Below are positions 20,235-30,043 of a stretch of 64,000 bases of DNA, piece by piece; positions within the stretch are counted from its first letter, which is position 1, and every line of letters begins with the position of its first letter. Both the position numbers and the translations under genes were made by a program. Source of the DNA: Eubacteriales bacterium (GTDB lineage Bacteria; Bacillota; Clostridia; Oscillospirales; CAG-382). Under the pieces are notes generated by a model that was not told the origin of the DNA, made no database searches, and was given only the letters and a program-made list of their open reading frames with translations. Location: the NCBI GenBank assembly GCA_045580005.1, contig JAZNMZ010000012.1, forward strand, positions 6,037-70,036, in the 5' to 3' direction.

Positions 20235-21089
20235 TCAGATACCCAGCTTCTGCTTCTTTTCCACAAGGAATGAGTAAGCTTTCTTTATATCGCCGATAGG
20301 ATCGTCGCCAACCTCGCGCTCGATTGTGAGGAAGCCGCAAAAGCCGATTCTGTCAAGCGCTCTAAGATAGTTTTCCCAGTCAACCTGGCCTGTGCCAAGA
20401 GGAACCTCTTCAAAAGCATTTGATGTGGGGATGTTGTCAAGGTCAACTATTTTGTAAACCTGGAGAGGGTTGCATTCGCCGAGCTTTACGCCGTCTTTTG
20501 CGTGAGTGTGAACGATGTATGGAGCAAGGTTATCGACAGCCTTTACGGGATCGTCGCCTGTTACCATAACAAGGTTTGCGGGGTCAAGGTTAACCGCAAC
20601 GCCGGTAGAACCAAGAGTATCAAGGAATGCGCGGAGAGTCTTTGATGTTTCGGGGCCTGTTTCAATTGCAAAGTGAGAGCCCATATCATCTGCAAACCTT
20701 GCAAGCTCAAAGCAAGCCTCCTGCATAATCTTGTATCTTTCTTCTTTCTTATCTTCGGGAACAACACCGATGTGTGTTGTAACAATATCTGTGCCAAGTT
20801 CTTTTGCAAGCTCGAGAATTCTCTTGGATTTTTCGATAAGTTCGGGGTTAAGCTCCTTGTTGCCGAAGCCTCTGCCGAGGTCACCGCAGATAGCGGAGAA
20901 TACAAGACCGTTTGCATCCATCATCGAAAGAAGCTCTTTCTTCTTGTCTGCTGTCATGTTTTCGGGAGCATGGTCTCCTGTAGTGCAGTACATCTGGATA
21001 CCCTGTACACCGATTTCTTTTGCCACTTCAATAGCTTCTCTGTCTGGAAGCTTAAATGATTCGAGCATTGCGCCGATTTTGAGTGCCAT
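20235..21089 (-). CDS. Sugar phosphate isomerase/epimerase (AP endonuclease 2 TIM barrel)
   Basis: AIETG, NLDPAN, HTHAKD, LGTGQVDW, TIERE. Confidence 0.9.
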   Translation of the reverse strand: MALKIGAMLESFKLPDREAIEVAKEIGVQGIQMYCTTGDHAPENMTADKKKELLSMMDANGLVFSAICGDLGRGFGNKELNPELIEKSKRILELAKELGTDIVTTHIGVVPEDKKEERYKIMQEACFELARFADDMGSHFAIETGPETSKTLRAFLDTLGSTGVAVNLDPANLVMVTGDDPVKAVDNLAPYIVHTHAKDGVKLGECNPLQVYKIVDLDNIPTSNAFEEVPLGTGQVDWENYLRALDRIGFCGFLTIEREVGDDPIGDIKKAYSFLVEKKQKLGI

Positions 21090-21118
21090 AGTGTTTTCTC
21101 GCTTTCTTAATATATTTT

Positions 21119-21694
21119 TTAAAGTTCATCAAGTGTTAACTTAAACGCAGGAATCATATTCTCAACAAAATATTTTACCTCGGGCAAATCTATCTTCTCG
21201 ATAACCTCAAGAGTCGAAGAAAGCGCCTTTGAAAATTCGGCGTTTCCGTCCTTTACCTCCTCAATACATTTGATAAGTGCCGAGAGCTTATCTGCACTTT
21301 TTATCAAGAGCTTTGTCTGCTCGTCGCACTCACAGTTAATAACAGCTTCGTACTCCTCCGCAAGCTCATGCGGAAGCTTTGACAAAAGCGTGCGGCAGGC
21401 GTTGCTTTCCACCTGCTTGTAGCTGTTTTTGATATCGTCGTTAAAATACTTGACAGGTGTCGGAAGATCGCCTGTTATAATCTCTGATATGTCGTGGTAA
21501 AGCGCAAGAGTTGCAATCTTATCGCAGTCGTAGCTCTTGCCGAAAAGCTTGTTTCCGATAACAGCAAGCGCATGGGCAATCATTGCAGTTTCCGCGCAGT
21601 GCTCGGTGAGGGTCTCGTTGCGCGAGTTCTTCATCAATCCCCAGCGGTTTATATATTTCATTCTAAAAGCAAGTGCAAAAAATGACGAACCCAT
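21119..21694 (-). CDS. yfbR: HD-domain 5'-deoxynucleotidase
   Basis: RMKYINRW, EH, YHDISE..TGDLPTPVKY, ADKLSA. Confidence 0.93.
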   Translation of the reverse strand: MGSSFFALAFRMKYINRWGLMKNSRNETLTEHCAETAMIAHALAVIGNKLFGKSYDCDKIATLALYHDISEIITGDLPTPVKYFNDDIKNSYKQVESNACRTLLSKLPHELAEEYEAVINCECDEQTKLLIKSADKLSALIKCIEEVKDGNAEFSKALSSTLEVIEKIDLPEVKYFVENMIPAFKLTLDEL

Positions 21695-21872
21695 ACTTCA
21701 CCTCGTAAAATTATTACCCTGATTATATCATATTTTAAGACATAAGTAAATACTTTCGATAAAAAAAGCTAAGTATTGGCCAAATTCTGCTAAATACAAA
21801 AAGGCGAATTTTAAAGTATGTATTGACAAAATACTCCCTTTTATGATATTATATTAGCGTAACAAAAAATAA

Positions 21873-21980
21873 ATCTTATCAAGAGTGGCTGAGGGGACAG
21901 GACCAACGAAGCCCGGCAACCTGTAAATTACTGTTACAAGGTGCTACTTCCTGCAGGGCGCAAGCTCTGAAAGATGAGAG
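21873..21980 (+). ncRNA. SAM-I (S-box) riboswitch
   Basis: TTATCAAGAG..GAGGG..GAAGCCCGGCAACC..AAGGTGCTA..TCCTGCAG..CTGAAAGATGAG directly upstream of metK. Confidence 0.97.
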
Positions 21981-21993
21981 ATTATCTTCCCCT

Positions 21994-22017
21994 ATCCTCT
22001 TACAAGAGGATTTTTTT
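21994..22017 (+). terminator. Riboswitch expression-platform terminator
   Basis: ATCCTCTT-ac-AAGAGGAT followed by T-run, before the metK RBS. Confidence 0.8.
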
Positions 22018-22046
22018 ATGCCCTAAAAGGAAAGGAACAACAAATT

Positions 22047-23234
22047 ATGGAAAGAATACTCTTTACCTCAGAATCGGTAACAGAAGGCCATCCCGACAAA
22101 ATGTGCGACAGCATTTCAGACTCTATACTCGACGCAATTCTCGCACAGGATCCTATGGCAAGAGTTGCCTGCGAAACAGCGACTACAACAGGTCTTGTGG
22201 TAATCATGGGAGAAATCACAACAACCGCAAGCGTTGATTTTCAGTCGATAGTAAGAGATACAATAAAAGAGATAGGCTACGACAGAGCAAAATTCGGTTT
22301 TGACTGTGATACCTGCGCAGTTATCAGTTCTGTGCATGAGCAGTCGCCCGACATAGCCCTCGGCGTTGACAAATCTCTTGAGGCGAAAAACGGCGACACA
22401 GACAAGTACGACACAGGCGCCGGCGACCAGGGTATGGTTTTTGGCTATGCCTGCGACGAAACGCCAGAGCTTATGCCTCTCCCCATTTCGCTCGCTCACA
22501 AGCTCGCAAAAAAGCTCACAGAAGTACGCAAGAACGGACCTCTCGACTATCTCCGTCCCGATGGCAAAACACAGGTTACGGTAGAATATATCGACGGCAA
22601 ACCGCATAGAGTTGACACTGTAGTAGTATCCTCGCAGCACGCACCCGAGGTTTCTCTCGAAAAGATAAGAGAGGATATCATAGATAATGTAATCGCAAAA
22701 ACTTTACCAAGCGAGCTTTATGATGAAAACACAAAGATTTTTGTAAACCCGACCGGCAGATTCATTATAGGCGGTCCCCAGGGCGACTCGGGACTCACAG
22801 GAAGAAAGATTATCGTTGATACATACGGCGGATATGCAAGACACGGCGGCGGAGCTTTTTCGGGAAAGGACCCGACAAAGGTTGACAGAAGTGCAGCTTA
22901 CGCCGCAAGATATGTTGCAAAGAATGTGGTTGCCGCAGGACTTGCTTCAAAGTGCGAGGTGCAGATTGCCTATGCCATCGGCGTAGCGCGCCCTGTATCT
23001 GTTATGGTTGACACTTTCGGCACAGGCAAATGCAGCGACGAACTCCTCGGCAAGGCTGTGTCGCAGGTATTCGATCTGCGTCCTGCCGCTATTATCGAAA
23101 CGCTCGAGCTGCGCAAGCCTATTTACAAAAAGCTTGCCGCATATGGACACCTCGGCAGAGAGGAGCTCGGCGTTGCCTGGGAAAAGACAGACAAGACAGC
23201 CGCACTCAAAGCCGCGATAGACAAGCTTATGTAA
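22047..23234 (+). CDS. metK: Methionine adenosyltransferase
   Basis: [28 protein letters not shown]. Confidence 0.99.
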   Translation: MERILFTSESVTEGHPDKMCDSISDSILDAILAQDPMARVACETATTTGLVVIMGEITTTASVDFQSIVRDTIKEIGYDRAKFGFDCDTCAVISSVHEQSPDIALGVDKSLEAKNGDTDKYDTGAGDQGMVFGYACDETPELMPLPISLAHKLAKKLTEVRKNGPLDYLRPDGKTQVTVEYIDGKPHRVDTVVVSSQHAPEVSLEKIREDIIDNVIAKTLPSELYDENTKIFVNPTGRFIIGGPQGDSGLTGRKIIVDTYGGYARHGGGAFSGKDPTKVDRSAAYAARYVAKNVVAAGLASKCEVQIAYAIGVARPVSVMVDTFGTGKCSDELLGKAVSQVFDLRPAAIIETLELRKPIYKKLAAYGHLGREELGVAWEKTDKTAALKAAIDKLM

Positions 23235-23500
23235 TTACATCTGCAACAAAAAAACAAACTTGATTTCGAGATTGTTAATTTTGTTTGCGGAGGCCGAAAA
23301 AATCTAAAAAAGCCAGTAAAATAGCACCGAAAAGTTCTAAAATCTTAAAATACAGCTCTTTTTTGTGCAACATTGCCAAAAGTCGGCGCGAAATTTTGGG
23401 GATTTACGCTCTTTCTTTTTTCAGATAATTTTGGTATTATAATATGTGTTAGAGAATAATGCATTTTCATGCGCAAAGCTGAATACTTAGGAGGTAAATA

Positions 23501-24616
23501 ATGGCAAGCGTATCATTAAAGCACATTTACAAGAAGTATCCGGGCGGAGTTACAGCCGTTTCCGATTTTTGTCTTGAAATCAAGGACAAGGAATTTATCA
23601 TCCTCGTTGGTCCTTCCGGTTGCGGTAAGTCAACAACACTCCGTATGATCTCCGGTCTTGAAGAAATTTCCGAGGGCGAGCTCTACATAGGTGAAAGACT
23701 CGTTAACGATGTAGCTCCTAAAGACAGAGACATCTCCATGGTGTTCCAGAACTACGCGCTTTATCCTCATATGACAGTATATGAAAACATGGCTTTCGGA
23801 CTTAAGCTCCGCAAGACACCTAAAGAAGAAATCAAGAGAAGAGTTGAAGAAGCTGCTCGTATTCTTGACATCAAGCACCTGCTTGACAGAAAGCCCAAGG
23901 CTCTGTCCGGCGGTCAGCGTCAGAGAGTTGCTCTCGGCCGTGCTATCGTTCGTGAGCCTAAGGTATTCCTCCTTGACGAGCCTCTGTCAAATCTCGACGC
24001 TAAGCTCCGTGCTTCGATGAGAACTGAGCTTACAAAGCTCCACAAGAGACTCGGCACAACATTTATCTATGTAACACACGACCAGGTAGAGGCTATGACA
24101 ATGGCGTCCAGAATCGTTGTTATGAAGGACGGTATCATCCAGCAGGTTGACTCTCCTCAGAAGCTTTATGACGAGCCTGTTAACCTCTTTGTTGCAGGAT
24201 TTATCGGCACACCTCAGATGAACTTTGTTAACGCTAATCTTCAGAAGAAGGGCGACGGACTTTACATATGCTTCGGCAGCTGCGAATTCAAGCTTCCTGC
24301 TGAAAAGGCTGCTAACGAAGAGCTTCAGGAATATATCGGCAAGGATGTTATCCTCGGTATCAGACCTGAGAACATTCACGACGAGCCTATGTACCTGTCT
24401 TCCCTTTCCGAGTGGGTTACAGAAGCATCTGTTGATGTTACTGAGCTTATGGGTGCAAACATCCACCTTTACCTCAATGTTGAAGACGCTGCAAGCCTTG
24501 TTGCCACTGTTTCTTCCCGTTCACAGGCTAAGAGCGGCGACACAATCAAGATTGCTCTTGATATCGCAAGAGCACACATCTTTGACAAGGATACAGAAAA
24601 GTGCATCGTTCACTAA
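23501..24616 (+). CDS. msmX: Multiple-sugar ABC transporter ATPase (MsmX/MalK family)
   Basis: [36 protein letters not shown]-type tail; monocistronic. Confidence 0.93.
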   Translation: MASVSLKHIYKKYPGGVTAVSDFCLEIKDKEFIILVGPSGCGKSTTLRMISGLEEISEGELYIGERLVNDVAPKDRDISMVFQNYALYPHMTVYENMAFGLKLRKTPKEEIKRRVEEAARILDIKHLLDRKPKALSGGQRQRVALGRAIVREPKVFLLDEPLSNLDAKLRASMRTELTKLHKRLGTTFIYVTHDQVEAMTMASRIVVMKDGIIQQVDSPQKLYDEPVNLFVAGFIGTPQMNFVNANLQKKGDGLYICFGSCEFKLPAEKAANEELQEYIGKDVILGIRPENIHDEPMYLSSLSEWVTEASVDVTELMGANIHLYLNVEDAASLVATVSSRSQAKSGDTIKIALDIARAHIFDKDTEKCIVH

Positions 24617-24634
24617 TCCTATAAAAAATATATT

Positions 24635-24666
24635 AAAGCCCACCTGCCATGCAGGTGGACTTTTTT
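24635..24666. terminator. Terminator between msmX and the radical SAM gene
   Basis: CCACCTGC-cat-GCAGGTGG, A-run before and T-run after. Confidence 0.8.
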
Positions 24667-24670
24667 GTTG

Positions 24671-25597
24671 TCATCTCGCGTGCTTGACTCTCGCGTATCC
24701 GCAGGTGCGGCAGAGCTTCTCACAGGGCTTGTGCTTTGTAAAGCTGTCGTACAGTGCTCTCGCACGGGGCGTGGACACTATCTCCTCAAGAGAGCTGTTA
24801 TATATATTTCCAAGCGGTATACTTCCGTCTGCGTCGAGGCAGCAGGGCACAACCGTGCCGTCGCACAGTATTCCAACCTGAGAGCGCAGTCCGTAGCAGA
24901 ATATCTCGTCATCGCTTTCGGCAAGCTCCTTGTCGGGCCACTCAAAGCTCACGCCATATTCAAGATATACCTCGTCCGTGCCCTTGGGTGAGCTATTCAG
25001 CTTGTAGCCACTGCGCGTCTTTATCCACTCTGTGGGGAAATGCTCTCTTATAATACCGAGTACCTTATTGTTGAATTCGTTTTCTTTCCCGTTTTCATTC
25101 CACAGCCTCAGAGCGCAGATAACGCCCGCAGACTGACATTGTTTGGCAAAGTCACAACACTCGCCTATGTAGTCCTCAAGACTTTTGCTGTTCTCGTTTG
25201 ACTCAAACGAGTGCAGAGATATACTTACCTTGTGAAAATTATGAAGTATTCCCTGTCCCCTTTGCTTGCAGAGCGTGCCATTTGTAGTGAGCATGACCTT
25301 GAAGCCAAGCTCTTTTGCATAAGCTGAAATCCTTTCAATCTCAGGGTGCAAAAGCGGCTCGCCCAGAAGATGCAGGTATAAAAACTCGCACTTGCCGCGC
25401 AGCTTGTCTGCAACTGTCGCAAAATCCTCAAAGGATATAAACTTCTTTTCTCTTTTTGTCCCGTGACAGAAAGAGCAGTTGAGATTGCAGACATTTGTTA
25501 TTTCAAAATAAATTTTCGAAAACAGCTTACTCATATAACCCTCAAAATTAATGCCGCTCGGACTACGGGCGGCAAATTTATTTTGTATAAAACTCAT
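24671..25597 (-). CDS. Radical SAM protein with SPASM/twitch domain (alternative start 25534)
   Basis: CNLNCSFC, GEPLLHP, TTNG, C-terminal CYGL..PCCLD..CEKLCRTC. Confidence 0.92.
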   Translation of the reverse strand: MSFIQNKFAARSPSGINFEGYMSKLFSKIYFEITNVCNLNCSFCHGTKREKKFISFEDFATVADKLRGKCEFLYLHLLGEPLLHPEIERISAYAKELGFKVMLTTNGTLCKQRGQGILHNFHKVSISLHSFESNENSKSLEDYIGECCDFAKQCQSAGVICALRLWNENGKENEFNNKVLGIIREHFPTEWIKTRSGYKLNSSPKGTDEVYLEYGVSFEWPDKELAESDDEIFCYGLRSQVGILCDGTVVPCCLDADGSIPLGNIYNSSLEEIVSTPRARALYDSFTKHKPCEKLCRTCGYARVKHAR

Positions 25598-26310
25598 TTT
25601 ATATATGGCACATTCGGTGATTTTGGGACACTCCCGAGAGATGTCAGAAGCTCCATACCAAGCTGCCTTGCGTAGATGACTGTGTTCTTCACATCAGATG
25701 TTTCTCCCGTGAAATAGACAATAACCTCGTTGGAATGGCTCGTGCCGTGTGACGGTGACATATATCCGAGCAGCTTTACTCCCGAAAACTTAAGTGCCTT
25801 GTCAGCGAGCAAAAGTCCTATTGCAGCAGGAGACGCCGCAACAAAGCCGAACGCCTTTCCCTCTGGTGCACCGAAAGCGGCAGCAAGCGCCGAGCTGCTG
25901 CTTGAGGAAAAAGCAAACTCGAGATGCCCCGCGTCGCTGATATAGACCTCGCCTGCATTCTTCTCAACATTTTCAAGAGCTATCTCGACAGCTCTGCGTG
26001 TGTCAGACACACTCCTGCCGCCGAGCACAATATAGTTGCCGTGACCGCCCCAGCCCTTTGTGTCGCGGGGGAGCTCGATTGACACGACAGTAGCATTTGT
26101 CATCTTGACAGCCTCGTCGGCTGCAAGTATCTGTCCTGCAGCACCTGTACGCGATGAGATAACGCCGAGAGAAACTATTCCCTCAGGCAGCTTCATTGCG
26201 CGTGCGAGCTCTTTTTCTACCGAAGGGATAACCATGCCGATAGTGTCAAGCAGTGTGCAGCCGACAAACTCGCTCTGCGAGCACTTGCCGAAAAGATTGC
26301 TGTCAATCAT
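25594..26310 (-). CDS. pduB: Bacterial microcompartment shell protein, PduB-type BMC-T
   Basis: EFVG..DTIGMVI, SRTGAAGQILAADEAVK, SIELPRDTKG..GHG, AGHLE, SPSHGTSHSNE match PduB over the full length. Confidence 0.9.
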   Translation of the reverse strand: MIDSNLFGKCSQSEFVGCTLLDTIGMVIPSVEKELARAMKLPEGIVSLGVISSRTGAAGQILAADEAVKMTNATVVSIELPRDTKGWGGHGNYIVLGGRSVSDTRRAVEIALENVEKNAGEVYISDAGHLEFAFSSSSSSALAAAFGAPEGKAFGFVAASPAAIGLLLADKALKFSGVKLLGYMSPSHGTSHSNEVIVYFTGETSDVKNTVIYARQLGMELLTSLGSVPKSPNVPYIK

Positions 26311-26391
26311 ATTCTATCCCTCCTCAAAAAAATAAGTGCAGTTAATCACTGCACCTATTTTACCATATTATTTTTGTTTTGTAAAGTATTT

Positions 26392-28224
26392 TTACTGTTC
26401 TTTTTCAAGCTTTGCTCTCACCTTGGCACGCTCGACATTGCTGAGTATTGACTTGCGGAGTCTTATTGACTTGGGAGTCACCTCGATAAGCTCGTCGTCG
26501 TTGATATACTCTATTGCCTCCTCAAGACTGAATATCTTGGGAGTAACAAGTCTGAGCGCCTCGTCGGCTCCTGCCGAACGGATGGCTGTGAGGTGCTTTT
26601 TCTTGCAGACATTTACCACAATATCGTCGCCCTTGGGAGACTCGCCCACGATCATACCCTCATAAACCTCGATTGCGGCAGGGATAAACATCTGACCTCT
26701 GTCCTGAGCATTAAATACACCATAGGTCGTTGCCTTGCCTGTTTCGTACGCGATAAGTGAGCCTGTGGTTCTCTTTGCGATATCGCCCTTAAACGGAATA
26801 TATCCGTCAAAGATAGAGTTGAGTATACCCTCGCCTCTTGTGTCGGTGAGAAATTCGTTTCTGTATCCGAAGAGACCTCTTGTGGGAATCTTGTAAATAA
26901 GCTTCATTCTATCGCCGACGGGAGTCATATCAACAAGCTCGCCCTTGCGCGCGCCGAGCTTTTCCATAACAGAACCCATATAATCCTGAGGAATCTCGCA
27001 GGTAACTTCCTCGCACGGTTCAAGCAAGGAGCCGTCCTCGCCGCGTGTGTAAATTACTCTCGGTGCACTCACCTGCATTTCATAGCCCTCGCGGCGCATT
27101 GTTTCGATAAGGATCGAGAGGTGCATCTCTCCTCTACCCGACACCTTGAAACTGTCGGCGGAGTCCGTGTCCGCAACTCTTAGCGAAACATCCTTCAAGA
27201 GCTCTCTGTACAATCTTTCTCTCAGGTGTCTTGATGTGCAGAACTTACCCTCTGTTCCTGCGAAAGGCGAGTCATTTACCGAGAAAGTCATCTCGAGTGT
27301 AGGCTCGGAAATCTTGACAAAAGGAAGCGCCTCAACAGTATCTGTCGCGCAGATTGTATCGCCGATAGTAATGTTCTCAATACCCGAAAGGCATACTATT
27401 TCACCTGCCTGCACCATATCTGTCGGCACTCTCTTGAGTCCCTCAACAGTAAAGAGGTTTACCGCCTTTGAACGGTAGTCATCATGTGCGCCTGCAAAGT
27501 TTGTAACAACAACATCCTGATTCTTTCTGATTGTGCCGCGCTCGAGTCTTCCAAGCGCGATTCTGCCCACATAATCGTTGTAGTCGATAGACGAAACAAG
27601 AAGCTGTGTGGGGCCGTCCTCGGTAATATCGGGACCCTGTACATGGTTTATAATAGTTTCAAAAAGCACCGACAAATCTTTCTCGTTGCCCTCGGGGCTA
27701 AGCGATGCCGTACCGTTCTTACCCGAGCAGAATACTATCGGACTGTCGAGCTGCTCATCTGTCGCATCAAGAGCGATAAAGAGCTCAAGCACCTCATCCA
27801 CAACCTCGTTTACTCTCGCGCCGGGACGGTCAATCTTGTTTACAACAACGACAACTCGGTGTCCAAGCTCAAGCGCTTTTTGAAGAACAAATCGGGTCTG
27901 GGGCATTGTTCCCTCAAAAGCGTCGACAAGCAGAAGAACGCCGTCAACCATCTTGAGCACTCGCTCAACCTCGCCTCCAAAGTCTGCGTGTCCGGGTGTG
28001 TCTACTACATTTATCTTGATGTCCTTGTAGTATAAAGAGGTGTTCTTTGCAAGAATAGTGATACCTCTTTCTCTTTCAAGGGCGTTATTATCCATAACAC
28101 GGTCTTCAACCACCTGATTTTCACGGAAAGTACCGCTCTGCTTGAGCATTTCGTCAACAAGAGTTGTCTTGCCGTGGTCAACATGGGCTATGATTGCAAC
28201 ATTTCTCAGATTGTTTCTTATCAT
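26392..28224 (-). CDS. typA: Translational GTPase TypA/BipA
   Basis: [43 protein letters not shown]. Confidence 0.98.
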   Translation of the reverse strand: MIRNNLRNVAIIAHVDHGKTTLVDEMLKQSGTFRENQVVEDRVMDNNALERERGITILAKNTSLYYKDIKINVVDTPGHADFGGEVERVLKMVDGVLLLVDAFEGTMPQTRFVLQKALELGHRVVVVVNKIDRPGARVNEVVDEVLELFIALDATDEQLDSPIVFCSGKNGTASLSPEGNEKDLSVLFETIINHVQGPDITEDGPTQLLVSSIDYNDYVGRIALGRLERGTIRKNQDVVVTNFAGAHDDYRSKAVNLFTVEGLKRVPTDMVQAGEIVCLSGIENITIGDTICATDTVEALPFVKISEPTLEMTFSVNDSPFAGTEGKFCTSRHLRERLYRELLKDVSLRVADTDSADSFKVSGRGEMHLSILIETMRREGYEMQVSAPRVIYTRGEDGSLLEPCEEVTCEIPQDYMGSVMEKLGARKGELVDMTPVGDRMKLIYKIPTRGLFGYRNEFLTDTRGEGILNSIFDGYIPFKGDIAKRTTGSLIAYETGKATTYGVFNAQDRGQMFIPAAIEVYEGMIVGESPKGDDIVVNVCKKKHLTAIRSAGADEALRLVTPKIFSLEEAIEYINDDELIEVTPKSIRLRKSILSNVERAKVRAKLEKEQ

Positions 28225-28395
28225 TTGTGTCTCTTTCTTTCATAGTTTGTTAGTTATATTTTTCTACAACAAAGTATTATACTATATTTTTCCCCAACTT
28301 TCAATATATTTTTACTTATTTTTCAGAAAAATCGGTTGACGCAAGGGCAAATAATCAATATAATATTTTATAGAATATGGTTTTGCGAGGAAAAG

Positions 28396-28743
28396 ATGAA
28401 AGAAAATATATTTTCCAAGATAAAAAATCTTTTTAAAAAAGAGGACGAAAACAGTCCTGCATTCCGCCGTGCCATGGCAAAAAAGCTCGACGGCAGATGC
28501 ATCAGATATGTCACCGAGCGCTGTGACGGAGTCGAAACGGTTATCGGCAAGGACGGGCATATCAACATTGTAGGCGAGGATGAGTTTGCTGTAACCTGTG
28601 GTATCAAGACTATTTTCCGCGCCGGCATTGATGAGCTGCAGGCGTGGGAGCTTCTGAGCCTCGAGGGCGCCGTGCTTACTGCATTTGACAAAGAAAACGG
28701 CTGTGAGCGAACGGTTGTTGTATACTACAAATATTACAGATAA
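28396..28743 (+). CDS. Hypothetical protein
   Basis: GAGG RBS, TTGACG-17-TATAAT upstream, protein-like composition. Confidence 0.7.
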   Translation: MKENIFSKIKNLFKKEDENSPAFRRAMAKKLDGRCIRYVTERCDGVETVIGKDGHINIVGEDEFAVTCGIKTIFRAGIDELQAWELLSLEGAVLTAFDKENGCERTVVVYYKYYR

Positions 28744-28860
28744 AAGTCGTATTTTTTCGTTTTTTGTGAGTGTGTTTAATTTGATTGTGCAAGTTCAACA
28801 AGCGGTATATGTAGTTTTATATTTATAATGCATAATTTTCTATTTTTTTGGATTTAAATC

Positions 28861-28889
28861 TTGACTTGATTGTAAATAGAGATTATAAT
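28861..28889 (+). promoter_or_regulatory. sigmaA promoter of the CBM6 gene
   Basis: TTGACT-17-TATAAT. Confidence 0.8.
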
Positions 28890-28968
28890 ATTACTAGTAA
28901 TCTTGTTCGACCAGAAACAACGAGCAAAATTATACATATCTACTAAAATATTTTGGAGGATTCGACAA

Positions 28969-29595
28969 ATGAAAAAGATTTCTTTAGTTCTTTTGACACT
29001 TGTTCTTCTCTGCACACTTGTAGCTCCTACTTTTGCTGCAAAGTCTGCTTTTGAAAATGTTGTTCTCAACGCTAACGAGGATGAATTCGGTTACATTCCT
29101 AACGACAGCGGTCTTGTTCGTAAGGATAATGTTATCAAGTATGTAGAAGGCTACGGCTGCGGCTTCGGCACAAAGGGCGACAGCGTTCAGTTCAAGAACC
29201 TCGACTTTGGTGCTAACGGCGCTGACAAGATGACTATTTCTTTCAGCTACGGCGACCCCAACACCTCTACACTCGCTGTATACCTCGACGATCTTAACAC
29301 AGCTCCTATCGCTACATTTGCTATCACAAGCACAGGCGGTTGGGACATTCCTTTCGCTAAGGAATTTACAACAGCTGTTAAGGTTCCCGGCGGCGTACAT
29401 GACATCTATGTACAGTTCACAAACGAAGAGTCCGGCTCTTTCTCTTACATCAGATTCAACGAAGCTACAGCTCCTATCACAACAGCGGGCGCAGCAACAG
29501 GCGCAGCAGCTACAGCTGATATGGGTCTCATCGTTAGCCTCGCAGCAGTTGCAACTTCTGCAGCAGGTTTCGTTGCTCTCGGCAAGAAGAGATAA
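28969..29595 (+). CDS. Secreted, C-terminally anchored single-CBM6 carbohydrate-binding protein
   Basis: Signal peptide; GDSVQFKNLDFG, VYLDD, STGGW, GVHDIYVQF (CBM6); Ala/Thr linker; TM helix plus KKR. Confidence 0.8.
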   Translation: MKKISLVLLTLVLLCTLVAPTFAAKSAFENVVLNANEDEFGYIPNDSGLVRKDNVIKYVEGYGCGFGTKGDSVQFKNLDFGANGADKMTISFSYGDPNTSTLAVYLDDLNTAPIATFAITSTGGWDIPFAKEFTTAVKVPGGVHDIYVQFTNEESGSFSYIRFNEATAPITTAGAATGAAATADMGLIVSLAAVATSAAGFVALGKKR

Positions 29596-29608
29596 ATTTA
29601 TAAAAACT

Positions 29609-29643
29609 AAACCCCTCTAAGGTCTGGCTTAGAGGGGTTTTTT
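29609..29643. terminator. Terminator between the CBM6 gene and SRP RNA
   Basis: AAACCCCTCTAAG / CTTAGAGGGGTTT. Confidence 0.85.
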
Positions 29644-29683
29644 GTGCTGTTATATCCTTAAAACAAAAAGGTACAGACAAAGA

Positions 29684-29950
29684 TCACACACCCGAAAATC
29701 GAAAACCGCCTGTATCCGTGTATCGCAGACCACGCTCAACTCAAGCGACCTTGCGGCACATCGGAGAGCTTCCTTAATGCTGCTTGGTTCCCCACCTGAC
29801 ATGGTTCGAAAGGACCGATTGCGCAAGACTCAAGTCTCAACACGCAAATCTGCGGCACTGACAATACAGACAGACCCCTCAGAACGGGAATTAACCCCTG
29901 CTGCAGCGGATTGCAGGTACAGGGCACCGCTACCTCCCCGGTTAGTGTGA
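29684..29950 (-). ncRNA. ffs: Large (Firmicute-type) signal recognition particle RNA
   Basis: Minus strand GGGGAGGTAGCGGTGCCCTGTACCTGCAATCCGCT (Alu domain) and GAACCATGTCAGGTGGGGAACCAAGCAGCATTAAG (helix 8); TTGATT-17-TATACT promoter at 30025-29997. Confidence 0.95.
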
Positions 29951-30043
29951 CCTTTGTCCGCACCCTTTGACACTGGATACCGACTAAAGCCTATACAGTA
30001 TAGCATACTTTAAAACAAAAATCAAGAGCAAATCTGTCGCAAA

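Noticed and set aside
29642-29963. ORFs of 102 aa (+) and 75 aa (-)
   Set aside because: They coincide with the SRP RNA and lack protein features
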